Shown: in pieces, positions 53,170-64,000 of the stretch
Numbering within the stretch: position 1 is the stretch's first letter
Layout of the letters: each line of letters begins with the position of its first letter
NCBI GenBank assembly: GCA_965153285.1
Contig: OZ229111.1
Length of the DNA stretch: 64,000 nucleotides
From: Podarcis tiliguerta
Taxonomy: Eukaryota
Direction: 5' to 3' (one strand)
Program-made: the position numbers and the translations under genes
The notes under the pieces: model-generated
Database searches by the model: none
Told to the model about the DNA's origin: nothing
What the model saw: only the letters and a program-made list of their open reading frames with translations

Positions 53170-54950
53170 ATGGGCAAAGCCAAGCACCAGGAGTCGAGGG
53201 AAGAGCCGGAGCCCGAGGCGACCCCGGAGAAGTCGTACCACGAGCTGGTGGAGAACGTGAACGCCATCGCGCGGCCTCTGGCCTCCCGCAAGTTGACGCG
53301 CAAGCTGTACAAGTGCATCAAGAAAGGTGCGCGTGCAGGAGGGGGAGGGGAGGGGAAGGAGGGCAGTCCGGCTTTCGTGGGCGGTGGGTGAGGGCTCCGT
53401 CCACCAACCCTTGCTGGAAACTCTCCCGTTTGACTTGCAGCATCGAAGCAGAAGCAGATCCGGCGTGGGGTGAAAGAGGTCCAGAAATTCATCAACAAAG
53501 GCGAGAAGGGGTAAGAACTGCGCGCCGTTGCGACGCGATGTGCCGCCTTTCCCTCTCCATGCCGCTGCCTGACGCTAGCAGTTCAGGTCTTGAATTCGGA
53601 GCCAGTCTGGTTCGCCAGGTCTGGTCCCTACTCTCGCCGTGTTAGGAAATCCTCTGTCTGTCTATCTATCTATCGGAGAGAGATATAGAAACGCAGTTAT
53701 GTGTTGTTTAGACACGCACACACACAAAGCTTTGGAATCAGTAGATGACATTTTCTGAGACGTTCCGGGTTGCAAGCTTTCAAATAATCCTCAACTAGTT
53801 TATAATTCTGTGATTCTGTTGGTGCAAGGGACTGAAGGGACTCTGCTTTTAGTGCAGTCATTGCCAAACTGGTGCCTTCCAGATATTTTGGCTACAGCTC
53901 AGGGCCCCAGCCAGCACAGCTGATGGGAGTTGTGGTCCACAACACCTGAAGGGCACCTGATTGGCGAAGGCTGTGTCCTCTTAGTCACAGCTAGCATAGC
54001 TAATTTTCAGGGATTATCAGATTTGTAACATTTGAAGGCCTTCATCCTTGAAGGCATCATCACCAGAGAAACAATCTGGTTGTGTGTGAGAATGAGTAAG
54101 GGTGTCTTGCATGCAAATGAGTATACTTTGCCCAGCAAAAACAGATTTTAATCCTTTTCATCAGGCCTTGTTTTCAGTTGGCTCTGCATAGTAAGTTTTT
54201 TGCCTTGCATGGACCTACTTGCCTCAGTGAGCTATTTCACCTGCTCCCTTATGTGTGTACATGCATGCTTGAAATCTCTTATTTGTGCAAATGATGACTG
54301 CAGAGATGAAGCACAATTTGATACGTATACACAGGATTATACCTGTATTACAATATCAAATATTTGGAAAGATTCATAATATATCTGTTTTAATGTGTTT
54401 GTTGTCTTCTCTACTTGCATTGCTCTGGTCTTATTTTTGTTGCTGATGCTGCATTGTCTGTCTCTCTTAGGATCACAGTTCTTGCAGGAGACACACTTCC
54501 TATTGATGTCTATTGCCACATTCCCATCATGTGTGAAGACAGGAGCCTTCCATATGTCTACATCCCTTCCAAAACGGTAATGTAGGGTGGGGAAGTAGAA
54601 GGCGGCTTCCAATTCTTGTAGAATTTTTATTCTTCACCATAGACCTGCATCCTGATAAGGAACAGAAATCTTGGTTATTCTAGAAGAGCAGTTTCACGCA
54701 GTTGGCATTTATATAATTTCTCCATGTGAATTGGTACATGGTCCGTTTGCTGCTTAAAGTAAAAAAGGTAAACTTGTATGTGAATTAGGAAACTGAATGC
54801 TGCTTTCCTATTTTTTTCTTTCAGGACTTGGGAGCAGCTGCAGGTTCAAAGCGACCAACGTGTGTTATCATGATCAAGCCCCATGAGGAATATCAGGAAG
54901 CCTATGATGAGTGTATGGAAGAGGTGGAGGCTCTTCCCCTCCCTTTGTGA
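53170..54950 (+). CDS. NHP2: H/ACA ribonucleoprotein complex subunit 2 (L7Ae family), complete, 4 exons, 152 aa
   Basis: Exons 53170-53326, 53441-53510, 54471-54576 and 54825-54950 total 459 nt: ...NAIARPLASRKLTRKLYKCIKKASKQKQIRRGVKEVQKFINKGEKGITVLAGDTLPIDVYCHIPIMCEDRSLPYVYIPSKTDLGAAAGSKRPTCVIMIKPHEEYQEAYDEC...LPLPL*. ATTAAA at 55192 and 55201 is followed by GT-rich sequence. Confidence 0.97.
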
Positions 54951-55459
54951 AGAACATCAGTAAGAGATGCTACTAAGACTGACAAACAGGCACTTGCCTG
55001 GGTAGTAGCTTGACCCTGATTTTAGAGGAGTCGTTCAATGAAGAGAATACTGCAGTTGGCACTGTCACCAGCCCTGTGGCTCATACCCGCTTCAAGTGCC
55101 AGATATTAAGCAACTGATTTAGAAAGAAGTTATTGACTTGTCTTGCAGCAAGGGAAGTTTGTGAAGCTTGGGTGGGGGGGAAGGCGGAGAGATTAAACTA
55201 ATTAAAACATTTGTAATGTTGTGTAGTGTCTATTACAACACTATTTACGCCTACATACCACAACTTATCCTTGCCAAGGTGAAGTGTTCACCAACTTTTA
55301 CATTCTTCCACTTGATAAATGATTTTTAAATTTAATGTGTAAGCTGCTCAATCCACACATGGTAGAGAAACTGCAATATCCCTGTTTTGGCAGGGCAGGT
55401 GGTGGCAGTGGGTGTTGTTTTCTCCCTTCAGCAGTGTCCGTCCCATTTATTTCAGTGTG

Positions 55460-55637
55460 AGGGCTGGCCTGGGAGTTCAGAGTTCAAATCCCCACTTGCC
55501 ATGAAGTTCACTGAGTGACCTTGGACTAGTAGTCACTGCCATCAGGCTAATTTACCTCATAAGGTGGTTGTGTTTATGGGGAGGGAAAGCCATGTATGCC
55601 ACCTCGAGCGCTTTAGAGGAAAGGTGGGATATATATT
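55460..55637 (+). mobile_element. CORE-type (MIR/Squam3-like) SINE
   Basis: B box GTTCAAATCCC, core GTGACCTTGGACTAG and an L2-like tail. Confidence 0.6.
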
Positions 55638-55639
55638 TA

Positions 55640-55999
55640 CCGTATTTTCTGCTCTATAGGATGCACTTTTCCCCCCTCCAAAAATTAAGGGGAAATATGT
55701 GTGCGTCCTATGGAGTGAATGCAGGCTCCTTGGCTTCAGCAATAGCAACGCGAAGCCTCCAAAGCGCAGAGGGAACTCGTGCTGCGCTCCAAAGGCGTTG
55801 GGTTCCTTTTGCTGAAGCTGAGAGCAAGATTCTCCTGGCTTCAGCAGAGAGGGAGGAGAAATGGAAGGGGCTCCGTTTCTCCTGCCGCTTCGCTGAAGGG
55901 GCGCTGAGCAGAGAGGGAGAATTTTTTTCCCCTTGTTCTCCCCCTCTAAAACAAGGTGCGTCCTATGGTCGGGTGTATCCTATAGAGCGAAAAATACGG
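55640..55999. mobile_element. Tc2-like MITE inserted in the AT tail of the SINE
   Basis: TA|CCGTATTTTCTGCTCTATAGGATGCAC ... CCTATAGAGCGAAAAATACGG|TA. Confidence 0.85.
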
Positions 56000-56117
56000 T
56001 AATAAAATTTATTTTATTTTATTTGATAAAGTTTACTTTATCTTGGTAAACTTGATAAAGTAAACTTTATCAAGTAAACACAGAATGCATGGTGAAGAGA
56101 GATGGACAGTTCCAATA

Positions 56118-56410
56118 AGTCCAGCGCCAAGGGCCTTCTGGTGGTTCCCTTGCTGCGAGAAGCCAAGTTACAGGGAACCAGGCAGAGGGCCTTCTCGGTA
56201 GTGGCACCCGCCCTGTGGAATGCCCACCCACCAGATATCAAAGAGAAAAACATCTACCAGACTTAGAGTCATCTGAAGGCAGCCCTGTTTAGGGAAGCCT
56301 TTAATTGTTGAAGGACTGTTGTATTTTAATATTTTGTTGGAAGCCACCCAGAGTGGCTGGGGAAACCCAGCCAGATGGGTGGGGTATAAATAATAATAAA
56401 TTATTATTAC
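56118..56410 (+). mobile_element. 5'-truncated L2-clade LINE 3' end
   Basis: Reads GLLVVPLLREAKLQGTRQRAFSVVAPALWNAHP, followed by the shared 3'UTR and a TAT tail. Confidence 0.85.
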
Positions 56411-58083
56411 TACTACTACAACACTTGTGTAAGAGTTTTGCTCTGCTGGGAGACTTTAAAAGCAATATTGTCAAGAACGTGTCTGCTTTAAGGAAAATGT
56501 TTCTTTTTTGTTTTAAATATATCAACACCAAAAACCATACACAAGTTTGCTGAAAAGAAATTTATTTAGCTGTATTTCCATGCCATCCATCTCTATTCTG
56601 GGTTTAACAGTTCCTGGTGCCTCGGAGGAAGAAAAACTAAGAATACATGCATTGTGGAAAAAACCCTTTGATGTCAAAGGGTTTCTGTGGCATCATAAAA
56701 GTATCTTTAAACGTCTCTCCCCAGGCTAGTGCAGATCTTCACATCCACTGTTATTCCAGACTGATACTCCAAACTACTGCATTTTTTTTAACAACAACAA
56801 AAATCTAATTAAAGTGCAACTTGTAGGCACCAACTCCTGCACCTACAGCTTTAAACTATTTACCCTCACCGTTCTAATAAAAATGGGCTCAGCTTTCAGA
56901 GCTAAGTTCAGACTTCAAGCAACACAGATTTAAACTCTGCCAGTTGTTTTAATATTACTTTCGGGTCTCGTTCCAAGGGAGTTCAAATCTCTAAATCAGA
57001 TTCAAGATCCCTGTTAATTATCCATACCCCCATTCTCCCATATTACAGAGCTTTTTTAGGACCATTGCCTAAAATAGTTCACCTAGTCAGGTTCTGATGT
57101 GTATCTGTAACCTTAATGAGTACTTGCAAATGCTGTGAATTGTCAGCAACAGGGGAAAGGGTTACTTCAAATTTCTTGAATAAAATAGACTATACCTACT
57201 TTTAAGGATGTCTCAATGATAGTTACTATTCTACCAGCTTTCTCAACCTGCACAAAGTCATGGTACTTTCTCCATTTTCTACTCCTTCACAATGGATAAA
57301 GTAGCTTTGCTAGGCTTTCTAACACTCAAAAGCAGCAAGCTGCTATCATGTACCTGTCATAAAGTATGAATTTCTTTAATATAGTGCTGTCCCAGTTTTT
57401 CACTTGTGTTATTTTCATTAGAAAACAATACACCTTATCCCTTGTTTTTTGAAGAGCTACACTGTGTATTAGTACACAGAGGGCCGAATTTTCCACCTTA
57501 GTTGATTCAAATATTTTCACCATTGCATTTCCAACCTATTTTAAACTTTTCTTCAAAATAGCAGTAAGCCAAGTTTCCAGCATACTTCTCCCAACTTAAA
57601 TTCCATCCTTCCCATTGTCAAAAGCACATATTGGGCAGTGGGAAGAGAAAGGCAGCTCTAAGGCTCCCCCCCCCCTCAAACTGATGGATTGAAACAGAAA
57701 AAAAGCCCTAGATTTATCTTGAAGTGTTTTAAAAATAGCAACAGCTCCCTGTGTACTATTTGTGATACAAGCTGTATCTCAACAAGTAGAGCTATGCATG
57801 GGGAGAGTGTAAACCATCTTGCTAGGAAGGATCACTGCCAGTTAAAGCTCCCAGGAAGAATCCTAGGAAGTTGTATGTTGCGAGGAGTACAGAATAATGT
57901 GGCTTGGCTTACAGTAGACATAAGATTGCTCTCCTCTGGCCCAGTGAGCTACAGTCAGTTCCCAGCATGTAGCAGCTAATACTGTTCACAGCAGAAGACC
58001 ATTCCTGCCAGCATATGCCACCTTCCATCAAGCATTATCCCAATAGCCTATTTTCACCAGAACATCTCCAAGGCATGCCATTA

Positions 58084-61000
58084 TCAAAAGATTAGGCGTT
58101 TTCCATCAGCTGGGCTCTGCTCCATGGGACAATATGGACACTTCAGCCTGCACAAAGAAAGATCAGAATCAAAACAAGGCCTTAGAATTCTCATTGGCAA
58201 GTAGTCCTACCAGACCACTAAAGCAGATAAGCAGGAAGCTGACCCAGACCCATACTTCCAGTAGACCACTAGCAAGTCCTGGTGTTTGGTCCACTACCTC
58301 ACTCTCTTCTCTGCCCTCTTAACAAGTCTGATTTGGCCTTGGGCTTGCCAGTTACTAAGAAACTACAAGGAGCAGTACTAAGCTCCCCCTTACTATAGGA
58401 ACTGCAGTATGACCTAGTTACCCAGCAGAGGGCAGCAGACACAGTGAAACTATCATGTAGTCCAAAAAAAATAAAATGATAGTGATAAACTGCTTCAAGA
58501 TGAAAGGGACTTCCTGGACCTAAGGTACATGGAAATGAGTTGTGTGGGGAATCTAATCCTGTCGGGGTGACCACAGCATTTCACAGGTAGGAGAGCCTGG
58601 ATACTTCAAGTTTTCAGGCAAGAGTTCGTCATCCACAGCCTCCCAGAATTGAGGAAAGTAACAGTTTGTAAAAACCACTCACTTCCCTCCATTGATGAGC
58701 TTGTTAAGGGCATCTCGAGAAATAACATGCCCACAGATGAGCTTGATGGGTGGGTTAGAATCAGTTGTCTGCTGTCGCAAAATGGGACATGCAAAGACCG
58801 AGTGGTACCAGCATTTCATCCCAAGCTCAATTTCAATCTGATAAAACAAGCAGAAAATAATTAGGCCCATAACCTGGTTGTTATAGTTAACATTATTTCA
58901 CAAAAATATCCCCACCCTGCAGCTCTCTCATAGCACCCTACCCCTGAATGGGCCAGGCACTCACAGGCAGCTCATCTTTGTGGCTCCAGACACCCGTGCA
59001 CTGTCTCTGCTCAATCACAGCCTTGATGTTCATCAGCACCGGCAGTGCTACACATCCTGCAGCAAAGCTGCCGAGAGAGAAGGAGGGAGGAGATAACTCA
59101 GCACTGCTCAACTCACCACCAGTCCCACCCATAACAAGCTTTACCTGACACTCAGAGGTGACTCCACTGAGAGACCTAACAGGGCACAGGCATCACGAGT
59201 GAATATCTCACAAATTTCAGTCCACTGACTCTCATCCAGAAGATGCCTATATGGAGAATTCTTAAGGCCCAAACGCAGGTACACCAGGCTGCCCATCATC
59301 ACCTGGATCTCTGCAGATGACAAATGCAGGAAGCAGCACTCAGGTAAACATACTTTTGCTAACGGGGCTGGCCTGTTATGGAACCAGTTATTGGGAAATG
59401 GTGATACCTATGACAACGACCAGGCTGAGTCAACAACTCCCAAGACTTCCCCTACTAAAAAGGGAAACTCCAAACACTTTGAAGCAACAAAATATGAGCC
59501 CATTCTATTGGGTGCGGCAAGGCCCAGAGAAACAGCCTAAAGGCAAGAAAGCTCCTCCCAAGGAGCAAGTAGCAGAGTAGGCTTCTGGAAACAGCCTCAC
59601 CTTGCTGATGCAGGTGAGCAAAGGGCTGGAAATGGCGTGCGTAGCTCAAGGCCTCTAGCTCCTTGCCTGGACCGCCAGCAAGGAGCCTGATGAAGTGGAG
59701 TCGATGCAGCCGGAACTCCAGATTGCTGTTCATTTCTGCCAGCTGCTGTCGGTGGAAGACTGCCCAACTGAGCAAGAGACAACACTGCTCAATGCCATCA
59801 TCTACATATAAAGCTGCCCTTAGAATGGGTGCTACTCCAATCCAAGCTAATATTTGTGGACGACCTGGTCTGAGGCAGGTTGAAGCAGCATTTTCTCAGC
59901 ATGCTGTGAGCTCACAAATTCAGGTATCTTATTACAGGAATACCTTGGCCTTGTGTAGAAGATAATGAGTGAAAACAAAACAAGCAGAACTTCTTGGTGC
60001 TTGTTGGAAGAGAAAAGATGGCAGACCCACAGAGTGGATAGGCTCACTGATAATGAGGAGTGTGGTTCCCCCAATGGCCCTTGCCATAGGCCCTACTTCA
60101 AAATCATTCTGTTAGGACTCTGTTTCCTCTCCCACTGTACTTATTATTCCTAAGAGGGGAAACAGAATATAGCTCATCATTCTTACCTCAGAGCAGGCTC
60201 CAGATCCTGCTTGTGCAGAGCTTCCAATATACTGTTAAGTTCCAGGAATGGCTTTTTAAAGTCTACATCCACATTCACAGTGGATTCCTGTGGAAGGGCA
60301 AGCCAAATTAGAACAAGGCTCAAGGCAAGGTAAATATTCCCAGAGGGAGGCTGTCAAGTACATATCCATCCTCTGCAGGTTGGATAGAAGAGGCAGCAAA
60401 ATAGGCAGCTTGTTGTACTTTGCAGTGGAACTGGCTGGCAGGTTCAAGCTTCTGATCCTCCTGCATATGCAAGCAGGAAACAGAGACCTTTCCTGGCACA
60501 TCTCAATGGCCAATACCAAGCAGCGCCGTGGCACAATGTAGAGATGCAACTATCGGTTCCCATACACCATGCAAATAACATTTACACTTCCATCTCCTCA
60601 AACCCCTGTACCTGACACAGTTCCTCCGCCACTCCTAGCATCCCTTGTTGGTAGAGGTGCTCTATGATGGCCAACACCAGGATCTGCTTCTCTTGAGACT
60701 CCCAGACCATAGCAGGAACAATGCCACACAAATCAGCATCAAAATGCTGGAACAGAACAAGGCGTCAGTCATTCACAAGCACTAAAGAAAGCCCCAGAAC
60801 AAGTAGTAGAAATAAGTGGCTTTCCATCAGCACTGAGTACAATACTAGCTGCAATCCCATATCACTATGAATTTGGCAGTATCTACAGACAGCTAGAGAG
60901 GTATACTGAAGTTTTGGACATAGTAGTGGCAGCCATATTGCACCCCATGCAAGTCTTTTTTTTCAAATTCAGGGGCATTCTTGTCAGTAACTTGTTTCTA

Positions 61001-62410
61001 GTAATTTATACAGTCTGGGAGAAAAGACGACAGGCAAGCAACAGAGCTAAGGAACCTCAGAGCAAGGAATTGGATAGGTAGAAAGGCTTGTTGTGTGCTG
61101 GAGAAATGTGGATGCTCTTGATTTAACAGCAAAAGGAAAGCACATGGGTTAAGTCTTCCTCTCCATAGATACTGATGGGGAGGGACCCTAGGCCCAATCC
61201 TCAGTTGAGGCAGGAGAACTTCCTTCAATTTCTTAAATGACAACAGCTGAATTACCGGTTTCAACTCCAAAAACTTATTTATGATCTGGGCTTCCCACAG
61301 TGCTTGCCACTAGTTCTTCAGCTCTGAGTTTAAAAAGGGGGTATAGTCATTTGATGGAACTTATGTATGTTGGAAAGCAAGGTGGGTAGCCATCTTGGCA
61401 ACTGCAGAGAGATCACATTATCATGGCATGAACAGAGTTTGCAATGGTTTCTAGTCGTGTTCACTATCAAGGCTTAAATAATATCCCTCTCCTTGGCAAT
61501 AGTCAAGGAAATTCTCACAAGATTCAACTCTGATTCTTCTGCTTTATGCCCCCCGTGCTTTCACTCCTAGCCCTGCAAAACCAAAACTAATCCCATTTGA
61601 ACTATGTCTGTGAAGAAAAAGAAAAAACAGGAGACACCCTTATTTAGCCAATACAAAGCACACATGTGTTTACTAGAAATACTGAACTCTGGACAACCTA
61701 ATACAGTGGAACCTTGGGTTGCAAATGTGATCCGTGCGGGAGGCACGTTCACAACCCGGAGCATTCGCAACCCACAGCACCGTGTCTGTGCACACGCGTG
61801 ACGCGATTTGGCGCTTCTGTGCATGCGCAAAGCATGATTTAGCGCTTCTGTGCATGCACAAGTGCCGAAACCTGGAAGTAACCCGTTCCAGTACTTCCGG
61901 GTTCGGCGCGTCCGTAACCCAAAAATGCGCAACCCACAGTGTTCGCAACCCGAGGTATGACTGTATTCTTTTATGCAGAATTCTAGATTTCAGTGTTAAC
62001 ACAGAGGAAAGACGCTGGTTCTGCAGGTTGGAAAAACAGGGAGACATTTGTGGGCCTGGATAAAATCAGGCAGTGTGGATGTAGTCAAAGCACAATACAG
62101 GAGAGAAGATGCACACTGCACTAATCCATTAAAGACCCATGTTTCAATAATGAGCTCTATATAGGGCGATGGAGCACATACAAGAAAAACATTTGCTCTC
62201 AAAACTCATCAAGTTTTCAGTTTTAAATGCTTGGGTTCCCACCTTGCTCCTGAAACCTACTCACCCTATCGATTGCTTTGCCCACACGAGAGATACTGCT
62301 GTGAATGTCTTTGTGGTCTGAAGCTAGGTTCTGCACTGTGTCTTTGATCTTCTTACAGCATTGGGACATAACCAGGGAGAGAGTAGCAGACAGTGGCGTT
62401 CGTTGCAAGG
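58084..62410 (-). CDS. RMND5B: E3 ligase RMND5B (CTLH/GID complex RING subunit), last 8 coding exons; first coding exon beyond the window
   Basis: Exons 62410-62265, 60746-60612, 60287-60187, 59767-59601, 59310-59145, 59067-58965, 58837-58683 and 58147-58084 are in frame: [20 protein letters not shown]...[14 protein letters not shown]...[59 protein letters not shown]. The B paralogue is indicated by sequence and by tail-to-tail linkage with NHP2. AATAAA (minus) at 56561-56566. Confidence 0.94.
61704..61963. mobile_element. Tc1/mariner (Tigger/pogo-like) MITE
   Basis: TA|CAGTGGAACCTTGGGTTGC ... GCAACCCGAGGTATGACTG|TA, with internal GCGCTTCTGTGCATGC repeats. Confidence 0.8.
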
Positions 62411-62519
62411 CTGCAGGAGAAGCAGCAATTATATCTTAGTGTGGGTGCCAGTTCAAGAGCATACAAGTAACTCGAATCTTACACTTATTTTACTTACACG
62501 ATTGCAACTGTGTGCAGCG

Positions 62520-62835
62520 GGGTATTTTAAAAAGTAGTATAAACAGCAACAATTGGGAAACACTTGCCTGTGAGCGCTCCAGTTGGAGAACAGCCTTTAC
62601 CAAAGGCGTCATGTGCTTTGAAGACACTCAAACTCCGGATGCAAGGGAGAAACGTGCTAAGAGGAAGGCACGCTTGGCAAATCCACACCGAGATCAACTC
62701 CCGCCCAATGTCCCCACTGTGGAAGGACATGTGGAGCCAGCATTGGCCTCCACAGTCACTTATGGACTCATTGTTAAAACCGTGTTTATGGAAGACAATC
62801 TTAGTCAGCTACGAGTGATCGCCAAGGAAGAAGAA
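62520..62835 (+). mobile_element. RTE-clade LINE 3' fragment
   Basis: WETLACERSSWRTAFTKGV...REKRAKRKAR followed by a frameshifted Cys/His motif (CPHCGRTC...LHSHLWTH) and a (GAA)n tail. Confidence 0.75.
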
Positions 62836-63239
62836 TTATTAAATACATGGAGAGCAGGGGAAACCCACTCTCCATTTATTTATTCTCCACCCACCCGCAC
62901 AAGGCTGTGATCACCGACTTACCTGGCTCTGGGAAGGCAGTGCTAGGGCTCTGGCAACATCCTGGAATCCTCACACCCAAAGCTGACCAGTTTCCGGTTT
63001 TGCACATCTTTGCATTTACATGTGGACTCCCAGAACTGAACCATCATGTAAGATGCAAATTACCTGTAGTCTATAGAGCAAGACTTCCTTATTGCTTACA
63101 AATCTGATCTGGAACAGGTAGGAATTAACAGAAGCCAACAGTTTCCCCCCAGATCTTAGTCTTGGGAGAAATTTATGCTCACCAGTAAGAGAATGAACAG
63201 ATTATGGGGCTATGGGTGGGTGGGATCTTAATTTTATCT

Positions 63240-63462
63240 ATTTATTATTACATCTATCCCACTTTTCTTCCAAGGAACTCAAGGTGACATATATAATTCT
63301 CCCTCTTTCCTTTTTATCCTCAAAACAACCCTATGAGGTAGGATAAGCTGAGAGATAGTGACCAGCTCAAGGTCATCCAATGAGCTTTCATGGTCACATA
63401 GGGATTTATAAAGTGGTCTCCTAAATCCTAGTCCAGCACTCTAACCATGACACCACACTGGC
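63240..63462 (-). mobile_element. CORE-type (MIR/Squam3-like) SINE
   Basis: Minus strand begins AGCCAGTGTGGTGTCATGGTTAGAGTGCTGGACTAGG (tRNA-like head), has core TGACCTTGAGCTGGTCAC and an AATAAA-rich tail. Confidence 0.7.
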
Positions 63463-64000
63463 TTTTCCCACACTCAAAACCAATTCTAGGAATCTTGCTG
63501 CTTTCAAATAGATGATATATAAATTATGGTATAATGTGCTTCAAGAAAACAGGAGAACCTTCTATAAAAGCAAAACAGACATTCAACCTTTTCACTAATC
63601 TATTAGTAACATAAACAATAGCTTTCATTGGTTAACACAATCTTTGCTGTGCCAATTTATCATCATTAGTCTTAGAGAAAACCTTGGTTCTGAGTCCTAA
63701 ACAAACAACTTTACTGATAAATTCTGGTTCAGCAAACTCATGCCAAAATTTCCCTTTTGTCAGAGATTTCCTTGAAGTTTCAATGTACTGATAGTCTCCC
63801 AAAGACACTGTTCCAGCAAAGAGGTGGAGGTTGAGGTTGTAAACGTCAACTTCCCTACCAAGATGGATCACAATCTACCAGTACTGTCATTCCTGAAGAT
63901 ATTTCAGTACATCCTCCTCCACAGTTACTTCAGATTTGTGGGAAATTTGTATCTTCAGGTCAATAGCACTACCATTGATACCTGAACAACTCTACATTAT

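Noticed and set aside
52762-53645. Overlapping ORFs of 139-185 aa at the BRD8/NHP2 island
   Set aside because: These are alternative frames of CpG-island DNA and NHP2 exons.
54291-54446. C-box ATGATGA and a later CTGA in NHP2 intron 2 (possible snoRNA)
   Set aside because: No terminal stem or recognisable rRNA guide, and the D box is only about 25 nt from the acceptor.

Overview
This is vertebrate genomic DNA, most likely from a squamate (lacertid-type lizard, judged from a Sauria-type SINE and L2/Tc1-mariner repeats). It holds five spliced genes: the last 8 exons of CDC23 (+), complete KIF20A (-, 18 coding exons, ~892 aa, one GC-AG intron), complete BRD8 (-, 22-exon single-bromodomain form of ~941 aa), complete NHP2 (+, 4 exons, 152 aa) and the last 8 coding exons of RMND5B (-). 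Downstream of BRD8 lies an intact 7-exon cassette encoding a second bromodomain, which could be a long isoform or a stand-alone transcript. BRD8 is head-to-head with NHP2 here rather than with KIF20A as in human. Introns carry L2, RTE, SINE and MITE insertions, a copia-type LTR relic with a half-tRNA-iMet primer site, and a Penelope-like fold-back containing a minimal hammerhead ribozyme motif on the BRD8 sense strand. Exon boundaries were read by hand from splice sites and frame continuity. Gene and repeat-family names come from recalled homology, not from database searches.
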